DNA of 24,000 bases from Leptolinea sp. HRD-7. Its GTDB lineage: Bacteria > Chloroflexota > Anaerolineae > Anaerolineales > Anaerolineaceae. The stretch covers positions 1,169,163 through 1,193,162 of the forward strand of contig AP024710.1 of assembly GCA_024363285.1 (NCBI GenBank), in the 5' to 3' direction. The number at the start of each line of letters is the position of its first letter. Position 1 is the first letter of the stretch. The translations under genes and the position numbers were made by a program. The notes below the pieces were generated by a model. It worked only from the letters and a program-made list of their open reading frames with translations, searched no databases and was not told where the DNA came from. Below are positions 16,025-22,672 of the stretch, one piece after another.

Positions 16025-16909
16025 TTATGGGATGGGATGCTCGTCATCGTTCGGGACGGGTGTCTTGCCGTACCAGGCATCCCACGGGTGAGAATCCTGT
16101 CGCAGCGGGCAGCGCAGGCTGGTGGCTTTGGGAAGAACACCGGCCAGACAAATGGCGGGCCGCCATGGAACGTTCAATTTGACCGGATTGTTCCACAGTT
16201 CATTGCCATCGGCGTCTTTGACGACGAATTTATACGTATATTCCCAGAAAACGCGCTTGGAAAGATAGGCATTGGTAGTCGAAAGGACGGCTGCGTTAGG
16301 GTTGTCTGATGCTACATCCAGGGGAAGATCGAACGCTGGTTTTTTCTGCAGCCAGTCATAGATCTCCACCTTCAAACCTTCGGGCGCCGCCTGGTTGAAT
16401 TCGAACACGTAATTGCAGGAATATCCAGGGATGGGGACTTCGGGAACACCATCAACCACGGATGATTTGTTAGTTCCTTCGGGAGCGATGGAGATACCTT
16501 TCGCCGATGGTGGAGCTGTCACCTGATCTTCAGGATAGCACCAGGCGGAAAAACCGTTTTCTTTAAGCGCCAGAGCGGGGATGGCTGTGGGGCTGGGCAA
16601 AGGAGTTTCTGTCGGCAGCGCGGTAGCCGTGGGCGGGACAGATGTTTCAGTGGGTTCGGATGTAGGGCTGGGGAGGGGAGTAGCCGTATCTGCGACTTCG
16701 GTAGGAATAATTGTTGCGGTGGCTTCGACTGTGTTGGTAGGCGCGACAGAGTTTGCCTTGGGCAATTCAAAAGCAAGGATAATGGCAGCAATGATGGCGA
16801 CAGCGACGAGCACCAGGATGACGGGTAACGTCGATTTCTTACTAGGGTTTTCAGCCATTTTCAGCTCTCTGGATGGAATTTGTCCGGTTTGGATTGGGAG
16901 ATTATACAC
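16025..16909 (-). CDS. Hypothetical membrane-anchored protein with a Pro/Thr-rich linker
   Basis: TM LPVILVLVAVAIIAAIILAF, then a T/P/E-rich linker and a ~190-aa Cys-containing globular region with no family I recognise. The likely start is MAENPSKK (16858) rather than GTG 16909. Confidence 0.6.
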   Translation of the reverse strand: MYNLPIQTGQIPSRELKMAENPSKKSTLPVILVLVAVAIIAAIILAFELPKANSVAPTNTVEATATIIPTEVADTATPLPSPTSEPTETSVPPTATALPTETPLPSPTAIPALALKENGFSAWCYPEDQVTAPPSAKGISIAPEGTNKSSVVDGVPEVPIPGYSCNYVFEFNQAAPEGLKVEIYDWLQKKPAFDLPLDVASDNPNAAVLSTTNAYLSKRVFWEYTYKFVVKDADGNELWNNPVKLNVPWRPAICLAGVLPKATSLRCPLRQDSHPWDAWYGKTPVPNDDEHPIP

Positions 16910-16956
16910 CCCTGTCAGAGTAAACAGGGGCGTATAATCCCGCCGCTTTCATTAAA

Positions 16957-16985
16957 ATTTTATTTGAGCGAAATCAGAGTTGCAA
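16957..16985 (-). promoter_or_regulatory. Candidate promoter for the 16025..16909 gene (TTGCAA-17-TAAAAT on the minus strand)
   Basis: On the minus strand, TTGCAA (16985-16980), a 17-nt spacer, then TAAAAT (16962-16957). It is directly preceded by the palindrome at 16987-17000. Confidence 0.35.
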
Positions 16986-17040
16986 AAATGTAATTACATT
17001 GTATATACATCAAAGATCAAACGACCGGTAATAGCGGAAT

Positions 17041-18123
17041 TCAGGCGGTGTTGCCGCCTCCCTGTGCTCTGACAGCCTCCACGCCGATCGCGATCAGTTC
17101 GTCAAATTCGGTGGCGGGCAGCGAACCCAGAACGGCAGCCTGCACGCCGCGGGGAGAATACAGCACCGCGAGCTGTCCCACCTGGTTGTTTGTGGTTACG
17201 GTTTTCATGGGATATTTCGCCGCCCAGCCGGTGAAGGGTTTGATCGTCCATACATTCAACAGGCTATGCCCGAAGTGCTGGTCGTTGGTCAATGTGGCAA
17301 AATTGCTGTCAAATTGAGAGTCGCCTGTAGGCACCGGTGAAGCGGTGGCAATTCCCGGGGTATCACTCGGTAGAAAACCATACATCCCCAGAATTTGCTG
17401 ATACACCAGTGTCATTAGATTCCCGAGCAGGCCACCCCCGCCAAATGACTGGGAATTAGCCGGCTTCTGAGCGATCAACAGAAAGTTGCCCGGGCAGGTG
17501 TAATCTTCCGAAATCCAGTGGGTAACGGGTTTTCCGCCAACTGTGTGAACCGAAATTTTCCAGTTTACGCCCGAAGTGGTTCCCTCTTTTTCAAGCGCCG
17601 GTATGGCTGTGGCTTCCACCTGTGCCTGCACGGCCTCTTGAAACAGATTGGTGGATTTATCTTCCCATCCCGGCAGATCAAGAAACCGGCTCAATTCCCG
17701 GGCTTTTCTGGCTTTATCATCATAAGAATTACTGAACAAATCTTCGAGCGGAACTCTTTCTCCGCTTGTTTTTACGGCCGTCAGCCGGTATGTGGTGCTA
17801 TGACCGCGTTTCGATGAATACGATTGCCGGGTCTCCACCTCGAAATCTTTGATCTCATTAAAGGGAATTTCCACGGTTTTTTGGCGCAGAACCGCCCGGC
17901 TTGTCCGTTTCAGTGTCCTTGTAAAACGGTCCGCCGAGATGGTAGTTACCGGGAAGAACAGGAGTATTAATATCCCGACAGCTAAAAGAATACCGAAGAT
18001 AACTGACATAACGCCCTGAAAGAATAGATAAGAAGCACTGATGACCAATATACCCGCTGTTATCCACGCGGCGATAGGGCGGCTGACAAATACCAACTGG
18101 TTTCCAGTATCCATATCGTTCAT
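17041..18123 (-). CDS. Hypothetical membrane protein (two N-terminal TM helices plus a ~280-aa soluble region)
   Basis: 360-aa ORF. TMs are IAAWITAGILVISASYLFF and VIFGILLAVGILILLFF. I recognise no domain in the rest. Confidence 0.6.
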   Translation of the reverse strand: MNDMDTGNQLVFVSRPIAAWITAGILVISASYLFFQGVMSVIFGILLAVGILILLFFPVTTISADRFTRTLKRTSRAVLRQKTVEIPFNEIKDFEVETRQSYSSKRGHSTTYRLTAVKTSGERVPLEDLFSNSYDDKARKARELSRFLDLPGWEDKSTNLFQEAVQAQVEATAIPALEKEGTTSGVNWKISVHTVGGKPVTHWISEDYTCPGNFLLIAQKPANSQSFGGGGLLGNLMTLVYQQILGMYGFLPSDTPGIATASPVPTGDSQFDSNFATLTNDQHFGHSLLNVWTIKPFTGWAAKYPMKTVTTNNQVGQLAVLYSPRGVQAAVLGSLPATEFDELIAIGVEAVRAQGGGNTA

Positions 18124-18387
18124 TCAAAACCCCTCCCTGTGATTCCCGAAAAAGGCAGGCTTCCAAAAATACCTTTTTCTCTTATGTAGATTGTACAGGA
18201 TTGGGTGTAAGGATAAAACTATTGGTTTTAAATCCGCATTTTAAAAGTAGGTTATCTGTTTCATTGAATCAGGGGTGAATCTGCAGTACAGTTTATTTAA
18301 GCCGGTGGAGCACTGTCTGGTCATATTTGATTCTACGTCCGCACATCATTCACTTACCTGCCCTTACCGATTTATTACCAGCAAGGA

Positions 18388-18933
18388 GTGAATACTATGA
18401 GTATGATCACCCAACCTCTGCGTGAGGAACACCGTGAACTGTTAAAGGATCTTGAAATTATGCGTGTGACAGCCGATTCAGTCACCGAAGAGCATTTGAC
18501 CGCGGCAACTGTATCTGGCATTGAAACCTGTATCGATTTTTTGATCAAGACCGTCATTCCGCATTCACTGGCGGAAGACAGAGCCATTTATCCCGTTCTG
18601 CAGAAAATCCTTGGGTCAAGCCATGCCACTGAGGCAATGAGCCATGATCACATGGTGATCAGTAACCTGACGCGTGAACTGTGTTACCTGCGGTCACATA
18701 TACCCGGGCTGCTGGTAACTACCGATCAGGTTCAAGGCTTGCGGCGGGTTTTATATGGATTGTATATCCTCATCAAGACACATATCGAAAAGGAAGAGGA
18801 ACATTACATCCCGCTTATGGAAGAAAACCTGCAGCCGGAAGAATTCACCTACATGATGGAATCGCTGGATATCGCGGTGGCCGAAGTGAGGAAAGACATT
18901 CCGATGCTGCTGGAAGGTTTTAAGTCGTCCTGA
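18388..18933 (+). CDS. Hemerythrin-domain (HHE cation-binding) protein
   Basis: Spaced His/Glu ligand motifs: EEHRELL, HSLAEDRAIYP, MSHDHMV, KTHIEKEEEHYIP. The AAGGAG at 18383-18388 favours the ATG at 18397 as the true start. Confidence 0.8.
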   Translation: MNTMSMITQPLREEHRELLKDLEIMRVTADSVTEEHLTAATVSGIETCIDFLIKTVIPHSLAEDRAIYPVLQKILGSSHATEAMSHDHMVISNLTRELCYLRSHIPGLLVTTDQVQGLRRVLYGLYILIKTHIEKEEEHYIPLMEENLQPEEFTYMMESLDIAVAEVRKDIPMLLEGFKSS

Positions 18934-18945
18934 TGGAATTTCCTG

Positions 18946-19371
18946 CTAGTGTTTCTTCGCGCCTTTTTTGGCAGAATGGTTGAATTTCCGTATCAGCCAC
19001 ACGGCCGCCACTGAAGTGACGGTACTCACGAAGGTGCCCCAGAGCAGGTCAACCACGGTGACAAGCACCGGCCAGTCACGCAGGGTGGCAAGGTTGGTCA
19101 GATCGTAGGTGGCATAGCACAGCAGGCCGAAGAACGCGCCGCGCAGAGCGGCTTGCTTCATATTGCCTTCGCGCCCGGTGACGAACACCACCAATCCGGC
19201 TACGTACAGCAGGTAGAACAGCCCCGCGGCAATGAAGTTGGGGGAATCTGTCATCAGATGCCCAATGTTGGTTTTGTAGAAGGAGGGAGCCACCAGCCCG
19301 AGCCATATCGCGTCAAGGATGAGGAAGGGAATGAACGTGTACAGGTATTTTTTCAAGAAAGAATTGATCAT
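18946..19371 (-). CDS. DUF2177-family membrane protein
   Basis: 141 aa, 4 TM. The N-terminus LYTFIPFLILDAIWLGLVAPSFYKTNIGHLM matches my memory of the DUF2177 pattern. Confidence 0.7.
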   Translation of the reverse strand: MINSFLKKYLYTFIPFLILDAIWLGLVAPSFYKTNIGHLMTDSPNFIAAGLFYLLYVAGLVVFVTGREGNMKQAALRGAFFGLLCYATYDLTNLATLRDWPVLVTVVDLLWGTFVSTVTSVAAVWLIRKFNHSAKKGAKKH

Positions 19372-19434
19372 TGATTTCCTCCGTCAGGTATGAGTGTAGC
19401 GGAAGTCACGAGGGAAAGCAATTGAGTGAAGAAT

Positions 19435-19518
19435 GTAGGGTGCTGTTGACCGCAACATTTGAGAGTCGTTTCCATACATGAGTATCCTAAATTATCTTAT
19501 AGTGCGGTCAACGCACCA
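19435..19518 (-). repeat. REP-doublet element, copy 1 (subfamily A, GTAG end on the left)
   Basis: GTAGGGTGCTGTTGACCGC ... 50-nt core ... GCGGTCAACGCACCA. Confidence 0.85.
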
Positions 19519-19630
19519 TGAGATGGACCAGGAAGAAATTTATTTTTCACAGAGATGTCTTGGGGTATATCGCCCTGTACTTGAAAAAGCATGAATTTTC
19601 AAAAAATGTGTTTAGGGGTAAACCGGCCTC

Positions 19631-19712
19631 TGGTGCGTTGGCCGCGCTAGCGTCTGGATTTATTTGTTGAATACGGAATTGTTTATTTATTGGGCGGTCA
19701 ACGACACCCTAC
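19631..19712 (+). repeat. REP-doublet element, copy 2 (subfamily B)
   Basis: TGGTGCGTTGGCCGCGCT ... GGGCGGTCAACGACACCCTAC. Confidence 0.85.
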
Positions 19713-19730
19713 AGGAATGGGTAGCATTTT

Positions 19731-19814
19731 GTAGGGTGCTGTTGACCGCAACATTTGAGCGTCATTTCCATACATGAGTATCCTAAATTATCTTATAGTG
19801 CGGTCAACGCACCA
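19731..19814 (-). repeat. REP-doublet element, copy 3 (subfamily A)
   Basis: Near-identical to copy 1 (GTAGGGTGCTGTTGACCGCAACATTTGAGCGTCATTTCC...GTGCGGTCAACGCACCA). Confidence 0.85.
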
Positions 19815-19872
19815 GGAGATGGTCTAATATAAAATCGTTTTTTTTACATGAGGTTCTGGTACGGGTAGAAAA

Positions 19873-19954
19873 TGGTGCGTTGACCGCGCTACGTCTACGG
19901 TTAATTTGTAGAATACGGAATTATTTAATAATTGGGCGGTCAACGGCACCCTAC
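19873..19954 (+). repeat. REP-doublet element, copy 4 (subfamily B)
   Basis: TGGTGCGTTGACCGCGCT ... GGGCGGTCAACGGCACCCTAC. Confidence 0.85.
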
Positions 19955-19969
19955 GCAGAAAGGCATTTT

Positions 19970-20051
19970 GTAGGGTGCATTTGACCGCTATATTGGGGGC
20001 ATTTCTATACTCGAGAATCCTAAATTATCTTGTAGTGCGGTCAATGCACCA
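19970..20051 (-). repeat. REP-doublet element, copy 5 (subfamily A)
   Basis: GTAGGGTGCATTTGACCGC ... GTGCGGTCAATGCACCA. Confidence 0.85.
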
Positions 20052-20108
20052 GGAGATGGACTAATATTAGGTAATTTTTATACTTGAGATTCTCGTTCGG
20101 GCAGAAAA

Positions 20109-20190
20109 TGGTGCGTTGACCGCGCTGCGTTTACGGATAATTTTTAGAATACGGAATTGTTTATTGATTGGGCGGTCAACGGCACCCTAC
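20109..20190 (+). repeat. REP-doublet element, copy 6 (subfamily B)
   Basis: TGGTGCGTTGACCGCGCT ... GGGCGGTCAACGGCACCCTAC. Confidence 0.85.
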
Positions 20191-20205
20191 ACAGAAAGGC
20201 ATTTT

Positions 20206-20287
20206 GTAGGGTGCGTTGACCGCTTTATTGGGGGGCATTTCTATACTCGCGAATCCTAAATTATCTTATAGTGCGGTCAACGCACCA
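20206..20287 (-). repeat. REP-doublet element, copy 7 (subfamily A), 3'-flank of the RAYT gene
   Basis: GTAGGGTGCGTTGACCGC ... GTGCGGTCAACGCACCA, 82 nt beyond the RAYT stop codon. Confidence 0.85.
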
Positions 20288-20369
20288 GGAGATGGTCTAA
20301 TATTGATCTAGTTTTTCAAAAAGATTTTAATAATGGATGAGTGGTCAAAAGCATCCGACGGAAAGAAAT

Positions 20370-20966
20370 CTATTCTTCATCCATCTGAAGAATTTTGTCT
20401 CCCACGCACCAATCCTGCGGGTAATACCCCGATTTTACAAACCTTTGAAAACTTGACCATGGCCATTCTGCCGGATTACTGACAAATCCATGCTTAACCG
20501 GGTTGTAGTGGATATAGTCAAAATGATTGTTCAGATCAACATCATCCCTGATAGCATGTTCCCAGAAACGCCGTTGCCAGATAGCGGCTTCCTTCCGCTT
20601 AATGCGTGAATCATTCCGTATTCCACCTGGACCAATTTTCTCGAGGTAGCAGACTGAAAATAAACGTTTAATTTCTTTCCATCGCATGGAATAATCGTCG
20701 TCATTTTCTGGCATTTTCCAGATGGTATGAAGATGGTCAGGCATAACGCAGATGGCGAGTGTTTTGAAGGGGTGTTTCTTTTGAATACCATTCCATACGT
20801 AATGAAATATTTCCATGCTTTCCGGTGTGGTAAGAATGGGCAAACGGTTAAATGTCACAACGGTGAAAAAGAATACTCCCCCGGCGTCTTTGGATCGGTG
20901 ATAGTCAGGCATAATTAATTGTATACCCGGATTTTGTCTGTTGATAGATAATCGTGCCACCGGCAA
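20370..20966 (-). CDS. rayT: REP-associated tyrosine transposase (RAYT; IS200/IS605-like Y1 HUH family)
   Basis: HUH motif PDHLHTIW, catalytic-Tyr region HFDYIHYNPVKHGFV, and N-terminus MPDYHRSKDAGGVFFFTVVTFNR. It resembles E. coli RayT/YafM from memory (IWQRRFWEHAIRD, WPWSSF). The likely true start is the ATG at 20912, since the track start 20966 is a TTG. It is flanked by REP doublets on both sides. Confidence 0.9.
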   Translation of the reverse strand: MPVARLSINRQNPGIQLIMPDYHRSKDAGGVFFFTVVTFNRLPILTTPESMEIFHYVWNGIQKKHPFKTLAICVMPDHLHTIWKMPENDDDYSMRWKEIKRLFSVCYLEKIGPGGIRNDSRIKRKEAAIWQRRFWEHAIRDDVDLNNHFDYIHYNPVKHGFVSNPAEWPWSSFQRFVKSGYYPQDWCVGDKILQMDEE

Positions 20967-21023
20967 GTAAAGATGCCCAACGGAAAACTGGTTTGGAATT
21001 AGATATCGAGTATGGCCGTCCCA

Positions 21024-21106
21024 TGGTGCGTTGACCGCGCCGAGCTTCTGGAATTATTTGTTGAAAATGGAAATGTTCGTTGAGTGGGCGGTCAACAGCA
21101 CCCTAC
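21024..21106 (+). repeat. REP-doublet element, copy 8 (subfamily B), between the RAYT and methyltransferase genes
   Basis: TGGTGCGTTGACCGCGCC ... GGGCGGTCAACAGCACCCTAC. It ends 13 nt from the methyltransferase stop codon. Confidence 0.85.
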
Positions 21107-21119
21107 GCGTCCTGATAAA

Positions 21120-21770
21120 TTAAATCTTCCTGGCCACAATAAATGCATCTGTCACCGGATTTTCTGACAGGCTTTCGTTTTCAATAATGTCAAAATTCTG
21201 ATTTGTAATGCAATCCGCCAATCCATCAACGCTGAAGAAATTGATATGGGCCAGAATTCCCAGTTTGGAAAGCACGGAAAGAGGAACACGGATCAGGGTA
21301 CTCCGGAATGAGTTTTTCGCCAAACACGGGGTTGCCGAGATGAAAATCCCTCCGGGTTTTAGCAGCTGATTTATTCTTTTTACAACCTGAGTGGGCTCTT
21401 TTATCAGGTGCAATATGCTGAGACCCAGTATCAGATCAAACGATTCTTCTTCCAGTTTGTCATCGAAAATCGTTGCTTTCATAAAGTGAATATTCGTATG
21501 AGTACTCTCAACGGCTTTTCTTTCCGCGATCTCGATCATTTTTGCCGAAAAATCAAAACCATACACAGCTTTGACTGTGCCGGCCAGTTCGATGGCTATC
21601 GATCCGGTCGCGCAGCCATAATCCATCACGGTACTGCCCGGGTTGAGGTACTTTTTCGCGCAGTCAATTATTTTAAGGTCATTGTCCCCAAGGCTTACAC
21701 CGGGGGTGTCATAATTATTCGCCAACCGATTCCACATCGATTCTGATTTCATACGTCTCCCCGTGTTCAA
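21120..21770 (-). CDS. Class I SAM-dependent methyltransferase (Methyltransf_11/25-like)
   Basis: VMDYGCATGSIAIEL (motif I), FDFSAKMI, FDLILGLSILHL, LLKPGGIFI. The gene is visibly more AT-rich than the genes outside the island. Confidence 0.8.
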   Translation of the reverse strand: MNTGRRMKSESMWNRLANNYDTPGVSLGDNDLKIIDCAKKYLNPGSTVMDYGCATGSIAIELAGTVKAVYGFDFSAKMIEIAERKAVESTHTNIHFMKATIFDDKLEEESFDLILGLSILHLIKEPTQVVKRINQLLKPGGIFISATPCLAKNSFRSTLIRVPLSVLSKLGILAHINFFSVDGLADCITNQNFDIIENESLSENPVTDAFIVARKI

Positions 21771-21845
21771 TACGAATGAATTACGGGCAGAAGCCCAAAA
21801 ACAAATATACTGTATTTTCGCTATTTTAATTTTCAGCCAGATCCC

Positions 21846-21928
21846 TGGTGCGTTGACCGCACTGAGCGTATGAAATTATCTGATGAAAATGGAAATGATC
21901 GTCGTATGGGCGGTCAACAGCACCCTAC
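21846..21928 (+). repeat. REP-doublet element, copy 9 (subfamily B)
   Basis: TGGTGCGTTGACCGCACT ... GGGCGGTCAACAGCACCCTAC, 75 nt upstream of the methyltransferase start. Confidence 0.85.
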
Positions 21929-21965
21929 CCGAAATAATGGATTCGGTGAATTTCCGTTCAACCCC

Positions 21966-21994
21966 TTGACATCCCCCGCCCCCCGATATACAAT
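21966..21994 (+). promoter_or_regulatory. Sigma70-type promoter of the TetR-family gene (TTGACA-17-TACAAT)
   Basis: TTGACA at 21966-21971, a 17-nt C-rich spacer, TACAAT at 21989-21994. Confidence 0.55.
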
Positions 21995-22004
21995 CTATCC
22001 AATC

Positions 22005-22020
22005 GACCGACCGGTCGGTC
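22005..22020. promoter_or_regulatory. Candidate TetR operator, perfect 16-bp palindrome GACCGACCGGTCGGTC
   Basis: A perfect dyad 10 nt downstream of the -10 hexamer and 12 nt before the tetR-like ATG. Confidence 0.55.
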
Positions 22021-22032
22021 TAAAGAGAAACC

Positions 22033-22611
22033 ATGACGGCACAGGAAACCTCTGAGAAAATTCTGCAAATCGCTGGAAAACTGTTCGTAAAGAACGGTTT
22101 TACGGCCACGTCGATGCGCGAGATCGCCGCCGAGGCCGGAATTGGCAAAGCCACCATCTATTACCACTTCCCTGATAAGGATTCCATCGCGGCGGAGATG
22201 ATCAAGCGAACATTCGGGGATATGCGCCAGGCGCTGAAGATATTGGAGGCCGAACAGGATCCGCGCGAGCGCATCCGCGTGGCGGTGACCCAGAGCGTGG
22301 AATACCTGCTGGAATCGGCAGATATCATCTCTGTGCTGCGGCGTGAAGTGGGCAGCGCGCGTGACGTGATGCAGACCGAATTCCGCGGATTCTTCCTGGA
22401 ATACATGAACCTGCTGACTGAAGCCATTCAGCGGGGTATTGATTCCGGACAGTTCCGCCCGGTTGATCCCAAAGCCGCGTCCCGCGTGCTGATGACCATG
22501 ATGCAGGGTACCTTTGCCTCGGTTTACCTGAGCGGCATCAAATACCGCTCCAATGAAGAGGCAGCCGGTTCGTTGCTAGATATCTTCTTCCACGGGATAG
22601 AAAAACACTGA
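22033..22611 (+). CDS. TetR/AcrR-family transcriptional regulator
   Basis: N-terminal HTH ILQIAGKLFVKNGFTATSMREIAAEAGIGKATIYYHFPDKDSI. Confidence 0.9.
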   Translation: MTAQETSEKILQIAGKLFVKNGFTATSMREIAAEAGIGKATIYYHFPDKDSIAAEMIKRTFGDMRQALKILEAEQDPRERIRVAVTQSVEYLLESADIISVLRREVGSARDVMQTEFRGFFLEYMNLLTEAIQRGIDSGQFRPVDPKAASRVLMTMMQGTFASVYLSGIKYRSNEEAAGSLLDIFFHGIEKH

Positions 22612-22635
22612 CCCTCTTTTTTTACCTGGTTTTTC

Positions 22636-22651
22636 GACCGGACGGTCGGTC
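22636..22651. promoter_or_regulatory. Second, imperfect copy of the TetR operator (GACCGGACGGTCGGTC)
   Basis: Shares CGACCG..CGGTCGGTCTAAA with the site at 22005-22020. It lies 21 nt upstream of the MFS ATG. Confidence 0.45.
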
Positions 22652-22672
22652 TAAAACGCGAATCGAGACAAA

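Noticed and set aside
19381-19434. A possible degenerate tenth element copy (GTAGCGGAAGTCACGAGGG) left of copy 1.
   Set aside because: The resemblance to the REP arm is too weak to distinguish from chance by eye.
19435-20287. A regularly spaced repeat array that could be mistaken for a CRISPR array.
   Set aside because: The repeats alternate in orientation, and the inter-repeat 'spacers' are themselves conserved between units. There are no cas genes, and an adjacent RAYT explains the repeats as REP-type elements.
19435-21928. The REP arms contain TTGACC, a -35-like hexamer, so the elements might be outward-firing promoters.
   Set aside because: I found no properly spaced -10. The best candidates (TATACT/TAGAAT) lie 19-23 nt away, so the idea is not supportable from sequence alone.
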